Assembly (NCBI GenBank): GCA_039804625.1
Contig: JBDLVT010000006.1
Location: forward strand, 7,159-71,158
Reading direction: 5' to 3'
Length of the DNA: 64,000 nt
Source of the DNA: Bacteroidota bacterium
GTDB taxonomy: Bacteria > Bacteroidota > Bacteroidia > Flavobacteriales_D > Crocinitomicaceae
Shown here one piece after another: positions 44,951 through 54,402 of this stretch (the first letter of the stretch is position 1; each line of letters starts with the position of its first letter). The notes beneath the pieces were generated by a model. It was not told the origin of the DNA and did no database searches. It saw nothing but the letters and a program-made list of their open reading frames with translations. The translations under genes were made by a program, and so were the position numbers.

Positions 44951-46170
44951 CAGATACCTGGTAGAATGAGATGGATATCTTTGTATTGTAAGTCAAAAAC
45001 CTTTCCTAAGACTTCATTGGTGAGAATGCCCCTGAACATATATACACCATTTCTGAACCCTGAATGTGTTCTAATGAGGTCAGGAACGCCACCGCGCTCG
45101 CCCATTTCTAAGAGCAAAGGGGAAAGTGTATTAGAAAGTGCAAAAGAGGCGGTTCTGGATACACGAGATGCAATATTCGGCACGCAATAATGCGTAACCT
45201 CATGCTGTACAAAAGTGGGTTCGCTGTGGTTGGTGATTTTGGAGGTCTCAAAACAACCTCCTTGATCAATACTGATATCCAGGACAACTGATCCAGGTTT
45301 CATTTGTGTGATCATGTCTTCAGAAACCACACAGGGTGTGCGGCCAATTGTGGAGCGCAAGGCGCCAATAACGACATCTGCGCGCTTAACTGCCTTTGCC
45401 AATACTTTTGGTTGCAGTACAGACGTGTAAACACGCTGCCCTAAATCGTTTTGAAGTCGACGTAGCCTGGATAGTGAGTTGTCGAATATTTTGACGGATG
45501 CACCCAAACCCAATGCTGCTCTGGTTGCAAATTCACCAACAGTGCCCGCGCCGAGCACTACAATTTCTGTGGGTTGTACACCTGCAATACCGCCGAGCAT
45601 GAGGCCTTTTCCTTCTGAGAAAGAGGAGAGGAGTTCGCCCGCAATAATAATGGAAGTGGTACCTGCAATTTCACTCATGGTGCGCACAATGGAGAAAACA
45701 CCTTCTTCGTCGCGGATGTAATCCCAGGCGATGGCTGTTATTTTTTTGGCGCTGAGTTGTTGTAAAATCTCTTTTGGTTGGGTAGCAAGTTGTAGTGCCG
45801 AAATAAACGTTTGGTTACCTGGCATGAGTGCGATTTCTTCTTCTGAAGGTGGCGCCACTTTGAGGATGATATCGGATTGGTAGACGCCCTTTCGATCATA
45901 GATAATTTGTGCACCTGCTTCGCTATACTCGTTGTCTGTAAAGTGTGCTCCTTCGCCTGCCTTGCTTTCAAGTAGTACTTGGTGCCCATTGGCAACAAGT
46001 AAACTAACCGCCTCGGGAACTAAGGCCACTCTTCTTTCTTGAAAAGAAGTTTCTTTAGGTATACCGATAAGAAGCTCGCCCTTTTTTCTGCGCACCTCGA
46101 GGAGGTCCTCTTTGGGCATGAGTGCTCCTTGTTGGATTAAGGTTTTGAGCAAGTGTGGATCAGTTGTCAT
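44950..46170 (-). CDS. Alanine dehydrogenase / PNT-family NAD-dependent dehydrogenase
   Basis: IGIPKETSFQERRVALVPEAV.., Rossmann motif VVLGAGTVGEFATRAALGLGASVKIFD. Confidence 0.78.
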   Translation of the reverse strand: MTTDPHLLKTLIQQGALMPKEDLLEVRRKKGELLIGIPKETSFQERRVALVPEAVSLLVANGHQVLLESKAGEGAHFTDNEYSEAGAQIIYDRKGVYQSDIILKVAPPSEEEIALMPGNQTFISALQLATQPKEILQQLSAKKITAIAWDYIRDEEGVFSIVRTMSEIAGTTSIIIAGELLSSFSEGKGLMLGGIAGVQPTEIVVLGAGTVGEFATRAALGLGASVKIFDNSLSRLRRLQNDLGQRVYTSVLQPKVLAKAVKRADVVIGALRSTIGRTPCVVSEDMITQMKPGSVVLDISIDQGGCFETSKITNHSEPTFVQHEVTHYCVPNIASRVSRTASFALSNTLSPLLLEMGERGGVPDLIRTHSGFRNGVYMFRGILTNEVLGKVFDLQYKDIHLILPGI

Positions 46171-46600
46171 AGCGCAGCGTGATTTCTCGACTTTGGTCGG
46201 GTTCTATACGAAGATACAGCCTAAAGTGCGGATTTGGAATAATTGACTCGATTTTTTGTGGCCATTCGACTAAAAAGTAAGCATTTTCATCGAAGAGTTC
46301 TTCAAGACCAAGATTGTGAATTTCATGCTCATTTTCAATGCGATAGCAATCTAGGTGATAAACAGTACCTTTATTTGGACTGTCATAAGGTTGAATTAGA
46401 GCAAAAGTCGGGGAGCCTTCAAAGTGTGCAACTGCTGCAACGTCTAATAAAGCCCGAACAAGCGTTGTTTTGCCGCAGCCCATTTCGGCTTCAAGCGCTA
46501 CAAAACAGGGCACGGGTAGCAAAGACCAAATTGTTTTTGCAATTGTTGGTAGTTGCTCAAGACTCACCCCAGGCCAAAAACCGATGGTTTTAGTTGCCAT
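46160..46600 (-). CDS. tsaE: tRNA t6A37 biosynthesis ATPase TsaE
   Basis: Walker A EAEMGCGKTTLVRAL, ...PTFALIQPY...YHLDCYR. Confidence 0.88.
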   Translation of the reverse strand: MATKTIGFWPGVSLEQLPTIAKTIWSLLPVPCFVALEAEMGCGKTTLVRALLDVAAVAHFEGSPTFALIQPYDSPNKGTVYHLDCYRIENEHEIHNLGLEELFDENAYFLVEWPQKIESIIPNPHFRLYLRIEPDQSREITLRYDN

Positions 46601-47369
46601 GATAAGGGCTTACTTGGTTACCAGCCCATTGCAAGAGCTCGAGCTTTTCGGTATCAAATCGGGCAAAAGTATCGTATTGTAGCCAATCTCCGGTATTGAC
46701 ATAAAGCGTGTTTTCGTGCTTTAGATATAAAGGGAGGTGGCGATGTCCAAAGAGATAGTAGTCGTGGTGTTGTGTTTGTGCGAGTTCTTGCACATATTGA
46801 AAGAGCCACTCGTCTTGTGGGCCAGTGTATTTAGCGTCTTTCGACCCGCCATTGGCTCGGCTTCTGCGCGATAAAAAACTTGCCAAACCAATGCCAAAAT
46901 TGGGATGTAACCTGGCGAAAAGCCATTGACATAGGCTGCTTCTAAAAAAGCGCTTGAGCACTTTGTATTTGTAGTCGCCGGGACCTAAGCCGTCGCCGTG
47001 ATGCAAATAAAATTGTTTGTTGGCGTAGCTAAAGGAATAGGAATCGCTATGCAGCGTGAGGCCGAGTTCCTTTTCAAAATAATCAAATACCCACATGTCG
47101 TGGTTCCCTTTGAAAAAGTGAATTTCAATGCCGGCATCTGAAAGTTCGGCAATTTTGCCAAAAAGTCTAGTATAACCCTTCGGAATGACGGTTTTGTATT
47201 CAAACCAGAAGTCAAAGACATCACCGAGTAGGTAAATAGCTTTTGCATGAGGTTTAATGTGGTCGAGCCAATTGATGAAGGCTTTTTCTCGGGCCGCACT
47301 TTTTTGCGCATTGGGCGCGCCCAAATGTAGGTCGGAGGCAAAGTATAGGAATTTTGGCTGTTCCGCCAT
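46590..47369 (-). CDS. lpxH: UDP-2,3-diacylglucosamine diphosphatase
   Basis: Calcineurin-like motifs YFASDLHLG, LGDVFDFWFEY, GNHD, FGHRH. Confidence 0.88.
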   Translation of the reverse strand: MAEQPKFLYFASDLHLGAPNAQKSAAREKAFINWLDHIKPHAKAIYLLGDVFDFWFEYKTVIPKGYTRLFGKIAELSDAGIEIHFFKGNHDMWVFDYFEKELGLTLHSDSYSFSYANKQFYLHHGDGLGPGDYKYKVLKRFFRSSLCQWLFARLHPNFGIGLASFLSRRSRANGGSKDAKYTGPQDEWLFQYVQELAQTQHHDYYLFGHRHLPLYLKHENTLYVNTGDWLQYDTFARFDTEKLELLQWAGNQVSPYHGN

Positions 47370-48475
47370 TAGAAACCAAAGATTTGTTGCAGCGCTTGCT
47401 CTAAGGCAGCACCCCTTAGGTTCGTGGCAATGACCCGGCCTTCATTGTCAAGCAAAACAGTAAATGGGATGGACTGAACACCGTAGAGTTTGGCCACCTT
47501 ACTTTGCCATCCGCCTAGGTCACTGACGTGATTAGGCCATACCAATTGATCGGCAGCAATGGCAGCCAACCATTTATCTTTGTTGGAGTCAAGGGAGACA
47601 CTCATGACGGTAAAGCCAGCATCTTTATATTTTTGATAGTTTTTCACCACATTGGGGTTTTCTGCACGACACGGACCACACCACGAAGCCCAGAAGTCGA
47701 GCAATACTACTTGTCCTTTAAGGTCTGAAAGTTTCATTTTCTTTTTGCCGTCTGTGCGCAGTTCTTCAAAATCAGGCACTAGTTTGCCTGCTGCAAAAGG
47801 GTCTGCCGCCTCGCGCTCTTGTTTTTTGGCTAAGTACTGATTGTAAAGGTTTTGAACAATTAAACTATGTCCAAAACTTTGATAAAGCGGCAGTATTAGT
47901 TTTTCGTAAGAGGCAAAGTCTTGGTCTATTTGCATACTGCTGAGCGGTAAAATGATGGCTGCTGAGTTGGCATACATCTCGACATAACTTTGTATAGCTG
48001 TCTGGAACTCCCCATAGGCTTGTGTCATGTAACTGTTGATTTCGGCTTCTTTACTTGGGTCCGTTTTGATGGCCAAAAGTGCGGAGTCTGCTTTGTTTCG
48101 CCAATTGGTATTGAGCACAATAAATTCGTGCATTTGGCGCGATTCCTCTGAATTGACAAAATTGCAAAATTGAAGAAGGTTTCTTCCGTCTCCATAGATT
48201 TGGATTGGAGTGGTGTCACGGATGACGATATGAAGGGAGTTCTGACCGATGCGCAAAATATAGTAGTCAGGGTTAGGTACTACGCCTTTGAGTTCAAAAT
48301 TACCTTTGGCATTGAGTGCGCTGCCGTAATAATCTTTAAATGTGCTGCCAAATTGTTGGGAGAGGTAAACTGAATCAGCACCACTCGAAAAAATCTGCCC
48401 ACTAATTTTAAAGGACTGACCTTGTCCAAAACCAAGCAAGGGTATTAGAAATAGTAAGATGATGCTGCGTTTCAT
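47369..48475 (-). CDS. TlpA-family thiol:disulfide oxidoreductase with DUF4369-like N-domain
   Basis: Signal peptide MKRSIILLFLIPLLGFGQ. Thioredoxin domain VVLLDFWASWCGPCRAENP. Confidence 0.85.
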   Translation of the reverse strand: MKRSIILLFLIPLLGFGQGQSFKISGQIFSSGADSVYLSQQFGSTFKDYYGSALNAKGNFELKGVVPNPDYYILRIGQNSLHIVIRDTTPIQIYGDGRNLLQFCNFVNSEESRQMHEFIVLNTNWRNKADSALLAIKTDPSKEAEINSYMTQAYGEFQTAIQSYVEMYANSAAIILPLSSMQIDQDFASYEKLILPLYQSFGHSLIVQNLYNQYLAKKQEREAADPFAAGKLVPDFEELRTDGKKKMKLSDLKGQVVLLDFWASWCGPCRAENPNVVKNYQKYKDAGFTVMSVSLDSNKDKWLAAIAADQLVWPNHVSDLGGWQSKVAKLYGVQSIPFTVLLDNEGRVIATNLRGAALEQALQQIFGF

Positions 48476-48476
48476 G

Positions 48477-49664
48477 TTATTTAAATATTTGAGCTAGTTT
48501 ATTTTGGAGTTTTTGCCCCCTGAGGTTGGCCCCTATTATTTTACCATCTGGATTGACCAATACAGTATAAGGGATGCCATCAAATTGATACAGCTGAGGA
48601 AGATTTGACTTCCAGCCCAGTGGTTCATTTACTTGGTCTGGCCAGGTCATTCCAAAGGACTTGATGCCTTCTTGCCATTTGTTTTTGTCTTCGTCTAAAG
48701 AAACGCTGAAAACGGTGAAGCCTTTATTTTTGTATTTGTTGTAAGCGGCTATGACATTTGGCATTTCGCTTTTACAGGGCCCACACCAAGAAGCCCAGAA
48801 ATCAATTAAGACATATTTACCTTTCAATGAACTTAAAGAGCGTGTTTTGCCGGTGGGGTCGGGGAGTGCAATTTCAGGCGCGGCCATACTGCCGTTGATC
48901 ATTTGGGTGTAGGCAAAAAAGGCGTCCTCAATTTGGGCATATTGCGCTTGCATGTTTTTACTTGCCGCTTGCCCTGGAAAGCGTTGTGCATAAGCTGCGC
49001 TTAATTTTTCTAAGGTGGTCAGGTGAGCGGAGTTCCAATCTTCAAAGCCGGTGGTAGGCAGTAAATTCATGCTGAGCATGATATTCAACGGACTGCTCAA
49101 ATCTTGGTTAATAGCCCCCACACAAAACGCTTCATAGCTCGCCTTAGCTGCTGTGTATGCCGCATTGATGGCGTCTTGGTCAAGTTTGTGCGGGTTTTGC
49201 TGCAATTCGTTTTGGGTGCTTTCAAATCTTTTGGTTGCGCGCAAGAGCCCGGCATAGGTATTTGCCCATTTGACGCCGCTTAAACCTGGTTTGAAGCTGA
49301 AATCAGTTAGTTGACAGCGCAGCGAGATGTGGTCGGTAGGCTGCAAGGGGAGCCAAAGTGTGCTGCCGTTCAAATCTGAAATTCGCAAGTTGTAAAGCCC
49401 GAGCCCCGGAATATTGGCTGGGAGATCAAAGGAACCGTCTGCTGCAATTTCGGTTTGGGCCACGGAAATGACACCGCGGTCGCTAGGTGCTTCTAAAAAG
49501 AGCTGCAAGCCACCAGCGCCCTGAATTTGTCCGCTGATGAAAAGATTTTCTTCGAGTCCGTTTTTTTCTAGATCAGAGTGATTGACATACCACAAGATGA
49601 GTCCTCCGATGACAGCAAAGAGGAGAATCCAAACTAATTTTTTATTGGATTTCAAGATGGGCAT
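48477..49664 (-). CDS. TlpA-family thiol:disulfide oxidoreductase (paralogue, N-terminal membrane anchor)
   Basis: N-terminal TM LVWILLFAVIGGLILWYV. Thioredoxin domain YVLIDFWASWCGPCKSEMP. Confidence 0.85.
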   Translation of the reverse strand: MPILKSNKKLVWILLFAVIGGLILWYVNHSDLEKNGLEENLFISGQIQGAGGLQLFLEAPSDRGVISVAQTEIAADGSFDLPANIPGLGLYNLRISDLNGSTLWLPLQPTDHISLRCQLTDFSFKPGLSGVKWANTYAGLLRATKRFESTQNELQQNPHKLDQDAINAAYTAAKASYEAFCVGAINQDLSSPLNIMLSMNLLPTTGFEDWNSAHLTTLEKLSAAYAQRFPGQAASKNMQAQYAQIEDAFFAYTQMINGSMAAPEIALPDPTGKTRSLSSLKGKYVLIDFWASWCGPCKSEMPNVIAAYNKYKNKGFTVFSVSLDEDKNKWQEGIKSFGMTWPDQVNEPLGWKSNLPQLYQFDGIPYTVLVNPDGKIIGANLRGQKLQNKLAQIFK

Positions 49665-51118
49665 TAGTTTTCAAGTTTTTGTCTGAGTAGTCCATTTGCC
49701 GCTTTGGGGTCAGCTTTACCGCCAGAAACCTTCATGAGTTGACCCATAAAGAACCCAATGAGTTGTTTTTCTCCGTTTCTGTATCGGCTTACTTCATCCG
49801 GATTTTGTACGATAACAGTGTCAATAAAACCTTCGATAACAGAGCTGTCTGAACTTTGGATGAGGTTGAGTCTTTCTGCGATTTCTAATGGCGTTTCTGA
49901 ACTTTGAAAGAGCGCAGGGAATAACCGTTGGGCTGCAATGGAGTTGGAAATCTTACCTTGATCGATGAGCTCAATTAAAGCGGCGATGCGCGCTGCGGCA
50001 ATCGGGAAGGCGGAGATGTCCACGCCTTGCTCATTGAGGTAAGATTTGATTTCGCCCATGAGCCAATTGGCAGCAGCTTTGTAGTTTTTGGTGGCACTGA
50101 TGAGCGCTTCGTAATACAAGGCCAAACCTTTTTGATCGGTAATGTTGTAAGCGTCGTAATCGCTGAGGCCATACGTTTTGGTATAGCGTTCAAATAACGC
50201 ATGAGGTAAGGCCGGCATGTCTTTGGCGATCTCCGCAATTTGGTCCGTACTGACTGTAATGGGAGGGAGGTCGGGTTCAGGGAAGTAACGGTAATCGTTG
50301 GCGGCTTCTTTGGTACGCATCGAGATGGTACTGCCTTTTAGCGCATCGAAGGCACGGGTTTCTTGGGTCAGTGGCTCGCCGTTTTCTAAGGCTTCAATTT
50401 GGCGTGTAATTTCAAATTCAATGGCTCTTTGTACGTTGCGGATAGAGTTCATGTTTTTGACTTCCACCTTCGTGCCAAATTCTTGGGCACCTACCAAACG
50501 TACAGAAACATTGGCATCGCAGCGCATAGAACCTTCTTCCATATTTCCATCGCAGATATCGAGATAGCGCAATAGTTTGCGTACCTCTGTAAGGTAGTTG
50601 TAGGCTTCTGCAGACGAACGCAAATCGGGTTCGGAAACGATTTCGAGTAGGGGGGTGCCAGCGCGGTTGAGGTCCACGAGGGTGTCGAAAACATCGACGT
50701 CGTGGATGCTTTTACCCGCATCTTCTTCCATGTGAATTCGTGTGATACCGATGGCTTTTTGCTCGCCGTCTTCGGTGCGAATCAAGATTTGACCGCCTGT
50801 ACAAATAGGGGTGGTATCTTGGGTGATTTGATATCCTTTTGGAAGGTCAGGATAGAAATAGTTTTTGCGCGCAAAGTGTTGTTCGGGTGCAATCTGACAG
50901 CCACAAGCAATACCGAGTCTGATGGCAAAATCAATTGTTTTGCGGTTCATGACGGGTAGGGTGCCTGGGTGGCCCAAAGTAATGGCACTCACGTTGGTGT
51001 TGGGTGCAGAACCATAAGCATTGAGGTCCGATGAATAGGCTTTGGTTTGTGTCAGGAGCTGCGCATGGACTTCAAGTCCGATGACGACCTCGTAACGATC
51101 TCTGAGCGTTTGTTCCAT
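49664..51118 (-). CDS. gatB: Asp/Glu-tRNA amidotransferase subunit B
   Basis: YEVVIGLEVHAQL, RIHMEEDAGK, C-terminal YqeY-like region. Confidence 0.96.
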   Translation of the reverse strand: MEQTLRDRYEVVIGLEVHAQLLTQTKAYSSDLNAYGSAPNTNVSAITLGHPGTLPVMNRKTIDFAIRLGIACGCQIAPEQHFARKNYFYPDLPKGYQITQDTTPICTGGQILIRTEDGEQKAIGITRIHMEEDAGKSIHDVDVFDTLVDLNRAGTPLLEIVSEPDLRSSAEAYNYLTEVRKLLRYLDICDGNMEEGSMRCDANVSVRLVGAQEFGTKVEVKNMNSIRNVQRAIEFEITRQIEALENGEPLTQETRAFDALKGSTISMRTKEAANDYRYFPEPDLPPITVSTDQIAEIAKDMPALPHALFERYTKTYGLSDYDAYNITDQKGLALYYEALISATKNYKAAANWLMGEIKSYLNEQGVDISAFPIAAARIAALIELIDQGKISNSIAAQRLFPALFQSSETPLEIAERLNLIQSSDSSVIEGFIDTVIVQNPDEVSRYRNGEKQLIGFFMGQLMKVSGGKADPKAANGLLRQKLEN

Positions 51119-51132
51119 GCTGAAGTTGCGAT

Positions 51133-51945
51133 TTAAATACTAGAAATGAGTTCTTTCATGATTTGTGTCATTTTGGGCTCTTGACGGCTTGCCACTTCAA
51201 TGACATCTTGGACACTTACTTTTTTAATTTTGCCCGGCACACCTAAGTCAGTGATAATTGAGATGGCAAAACATGGAATGCTCATGTGGCGCGCTACAAT
51301 GACTTCAGGTACGGTAGACATCCCGACTGCGTCGGCGCCAATATTGCGCACATATTTGTATTCAGATGGTGTTTCGAGGGTAGGACCCGTTAGGCCTGCA
51401 TAACAACCCACCGCAACGCGAATGCCTAAGTCTTGGGCAATGGCGGTGGCTTTATCGATCATTTCTTGGTCGTATGGATCGCTCATGTCGGGGAAGCGTG
51501 GGCCGAGCTCGTCGATATTTTTTCCAATCAGTGGGTTGCCCGGAAATAGATTGATGTGGTCGTTCATGATCATGATTTCACCCACCTCAAAATCTGGATT
51601 GACACCCCCTGAAGCGTTGCTCACAAAAAGCCGCTCTATGCCGAGGAGTTTCATGACACGAACAGGGAAGGTGACTTGCTGCAACGTATAGCCTTCGTAA
51701 TAATGAAAGCGACCTTGCATAGCAACCACATTTTTGCCGCCAATCCGACCAAAAATGAGTTTTCCAGAATGGCTTTCTACGGTAGAAACCGGAAAGTTAG
51801 GGATGTCTTCGTAATTGATTTCGTCGATGATTTCGATTTCCTTGACCAATCCACCCAAGCCTGTTCCCAAAATGATCCCAATGCTGGGTACAACATTTGT
51901 CTTGCTTTGGATGTAGGCGGTACTTTCTTTAATTTGAGTCAACAT
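51133..51945 (-). CDS. Purine nucleoside phosphorylase (trimeric PNP family)
   Basis: IILGTGLGGL, GRFHYYEGY, VGMSTVPEVIVA. Confidence 0.9.
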   Translation of the reverse strand: MLTQIKESTAYIQSKTNVVPSIGIILGTGLGGLVKEIEIIDEINYEDIPNFPVSTVESHSGKLIFGRIGGKNVVAMQGRFHYYEGYTLQQVTFPVRVMKLLGIERLFVSNASGGVNPDFEVGEIMIMNDHINLFPGNPLIGKNIDELGPRFPDMSDPYDQEMIDKATAIAQDLGIRVAVGCYAGLTGPTLETPSEYKYVRNIGADAVGMSTVPEVIVARHMSIPCFAISIITDLGVPGKIKKVSVQDVIEVASRQEPKMTQIMKELISSI

Positions 51946-52945
51946 ATGCGCTAATGAATTGATTAAATGCAGCTTGATCTAACCATTGGAGCTCAAAAGT
52001 CAACAGATACCAAGGGTACTTTTGTCGGTCTTCGGCGCTCAGTAAAGATTGAATTTTAATCCAATCTTTGGCGGTTGTCACAATTGCAGAATTTGTAGTT
52101 GCAAAGGTATCAAAAAAATGATGAATTTCATTCAAGTCTGCCTGTGTGTACGCGTGGTGATCGGGATAACTAATGTGTTGAATGCGCACGTTTTGCCCGA
52201 AGGCTTCGTCGAGGTAGCCTGGTTTAGCAATTGCACTCACGAGCAAAACGTCTTGAATGTCCGCTAATGCATAGGTAAGGCTCATTAGGGGCTTGTAGGC
52301 ATATCTCGAAAAAAACACCGGAATGTTCCACTTTTGAAATTGTTTGGCAAATGCAGTGGGGTCAAAGGTGTCAAACGGCGGGCATTTGGTAATAATCAGT
52401 GCGTCTGCGCGCATTAGGCCGCTGCTTTGCTCTCGCAAATTACCTGCAGGTAAGAGTGCATCATGATGCAAAGGCTGCTCGTGGGTCGATAGTACAAGGT
52501 TCAAGCCTGCCCTGACCCAGCGGTGTTGGAAAGCGTCATCTAATAATAGGATCGATTCAGGTGCGGTACTTCTGAGGCGTTGGACGCCGTAATGTCTGTT
52601 TTCACATACTGCAAATTGTGCTTGTTGGTGGTATTGCGCATACAACATGCAGGATTCATCACCTACTTCTCGAGGGGTTTTAGTTGCATCGAGTAAAATG
52701 AATCCGGAGGTTTTTCGGCCATATCCTCGGCTCAAAACTTGTACTTGGAACGCTTCGGAAAGCTGTTCGATCAGATAGCCGACAAGTGGGGATTTACCTG
52801 TGCCGCCAACGGCAATGTTGCCAATGCAAATGGATTTACCGGCAATGGCTTGGGTGCGCAAAATTTGCAGGTCAAAACAGCGGTTGCGCAACCAAATTGC
52901 AGCGCCGTAGATCAGCGCAAAAGGATATAGCGCCAGCCTGCGCAT
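51929..52945 (-). CDS. lpxK: Tetraacyldisaccharide 4'-kinase
   Basis: P-loop GNIAVGGTGKSP, ..LSRGYGRK.., LLDDAFQH. Confidence 0.9.
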   Translation of the reverse strand: MRRLALYPFALIYGAAIWLRNRCFDLQILRTQAIAGKSICIGNIAVGGTGKSPLVGYLIEQLSEAFQVQVLSRGYGRKTSGFILLDATKTPREVGDESCMLYAQYHQQAQFAVCENRHYGVQRLRSTAPESILLLDDAFQHRWVRAGLNLVLSTHEQPLHHDALLPAGNLREQSSGLMRADALIITKCPPFDTFDPTAFAKQFQKWNIPVFFSRYAYKPLMSLTYALADIQDVLLVSAIAKPGYLDEAFGQNVRIQHISYPDHHAYTQADLNEIHHFFDTFATTNSAIVTTAKDWIKIQSLLSAEDRQKYPWYLLTFELQWLDQAAFNQFISAYVDSN

Positions 52946-52946
52946 T

Positions 52947-53618
52947 TTACTGAGCGTGGTAGTCTGAGAATTCTTGCTCGTCGGCGTAGTAGTAAATACG
53001 TACCATTGCGGTATCGTTCAAGAAGTCGATTTTACCAACCTCTACGCGATTGATGGTCAGGCCTGTGCGTTTTTCGAGGTCAGCCTTGAGTAAGTCGTGT
53101 TTTTCTGGTTTGATGAGGTCTATGCGCTCGTAGTTGATGGTTTTGCGGGTTTCGTGTTTCATCAGCCATACATTTTCGAGGATGTATGTGAGCAAGACTA
53201 CCGTTATATTAATAACTCCTACTTCAGAAATACTCAGCTCGTTGGAGGCCAATGCATTGACCACACTAATGCCAATGACCATAAATAAATACGTCATTTC
53301 TTTGATTTCAATAGCGTCTGTACGGTAGCGAATAATGCCGAAAATAGCAAATAGACCCAAGCCCATGCCGGTGTCGATGTCCATTTGCATGAGGCCAAAA
53401 CATAAGAAAAAGGTTATGGTGCCAATTAGATAATAAGTAAATAAGTAGTCTTTGCGACGTGTCTTGGTGTAGTACAAAACACGGATGAGGAGGGTTAAAA
53501 AGAATAGGTTGATACCCAAACGCAAGAGCAATCCGTAGAAATCTTCACTGAACCAAGTAATAGTATTGGGACTAATGGCTTTTTTTAGGGGGAGCAGGAA
53601 TAATAGGTCAGCTAGCAT
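52947..53618 (-). CDS. DUF4956-like polytopic membrane protein
   Basis: About 5 hydrophobic helices (LGINLFFLTLLIRVLYY, YYLIGTITFFLCFGLMQM, GLGLFAIFGIIRY, LFMVIGISVVNALA, VINITVVLLTYILENVW), then an ~80-aa soluble tail. Overlaps the upstream VTC gene by 11 nt. Confidence 0.7.
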   Translation of the reverse strand: MLADLLFLLPLKKAISPNTITWFSEDFYGLLLRLGINLFFLTLLIRVLYYTKTRRKDYLFTYYLIGTITFFLCFGLMQMDIDTGMGLGLFAIFGIIRYRTDAIEIKEMTYLFMVIGISVVNALASNELSISEVGVINITVVLLTYILENVWLMKHETRKTINYERIDLIKPEKHDLLKADLEKRTGLTINRVEVGKIDFLNDTAMVRIYYYADEQEFSDYHAQ

Positions 53619-54363
53619 GGTTGATTTTATTTAAAAAGAGGAGCTTCTTCTTGAAGCGATTGAATTTGAGTACTTCTTCACCGTAAATTTCTACACTTCC
53701 AATGCAATACTTGGAAAGGCGGTAGGGCCTGATGCGCTCCTTTTTCATGAGTTTGTAAAAAGGAGAATTACGGTCAAGGGTTTCTTGTTTGAGTTCGGCA
53801 ATGACCAACTGTTTGAAATCGCGATTGACATCGCCCATGTGAAAATTGATTCCAAAATCTAGGGTGAGGCGTTCTTTGCTTGTTTTTGAAACGAGCGTAA
53901 TTCGCTGAAAAGCATTCCACATGGTGGGTTGCAATTGGGCGTCTTCGTTGAGCTGTCGCCGCAAGAAGTCGCGTTCTTTTTCGTCCTGAAGCTCGTTGAA
54001 ATCGTTGGTCAGGATGCGGCGTTTGTCGGTACGGCCTTTGATTTTGTGCTTGATTTCTAAAAAATGGATATTGGACTCCACGTATTTGCGGATCCGAACT
54101 TTGTAGCGATCGGCCTTTCCGTTGTGATGATCTCGGAAAAAGGAAAAAGAGGCGTCGTCGAAATATAGGCTTTCGTAATGAGGTAACATAGTGCCCTCGA
54201 CCTTCAAAGCGCGGTAATCGGCGGCCAAAATGGGTAAAAATCGGAGTAGGTCGTCTTGACGGAAGGCAAATTTAGTATCGACACGGTTCATTAGGTTGAC
54301 ATCGGCCATTTCCCGGAGGTCAATGGGGTCAAACTGTTCGATTTCTGTCTTAATATTGCTCAT
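53608..54363 (-). CDS. VTC-domain (polyphosphate polymerase-like, triphosphate tunnel) protein
   Basis: NRVDTKFAF, ADRYKVRIRKY, FLEIKHKIKGRTDKRR and VIAELKQE give the beta-strand basic/acidic pattern expected of a VTC/TTM tunnel. Confidence 0.72.
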   Translation of the reverse strand: MSNIKTEIEQFDPIDLREMADVNLMNRVDTKFAFRQDDLLRFLPILAADYRALKVEGTMLPHYESLYFDDASFSFFRDHHNGKADRYKVRIRKYVESNIHFLEIKHKIKGRTDKRRILTNDFNELQDEKERDFLRRQLNEDAQLQPTMWNAFQRITLVSKTSKERLTLDFGINFHMGDVNRDFKQLVIAELKQETLDRNSPFYKLMKKERIRPYRLSKYCIGSVEIYGEEVLKFNRFKKKLLFLNKINHAS

Positions 54364-54373
54364 CTATGTTTTT

Positions 54374-54381
54374 CAAAAATA
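54374..54381 (-). promoter_or_regulatory. Candidate -7 box TATTTTTG for the 11-gene VTC...HsdR_N array
   Basis: Exact TAnnTTTG on the minus strand, 10 nt upstream of ATG 54363. Confidence 0.45.
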
Positions 54382-54402
54382 ACAATTTCTTAGCTGATTG
54401 CT

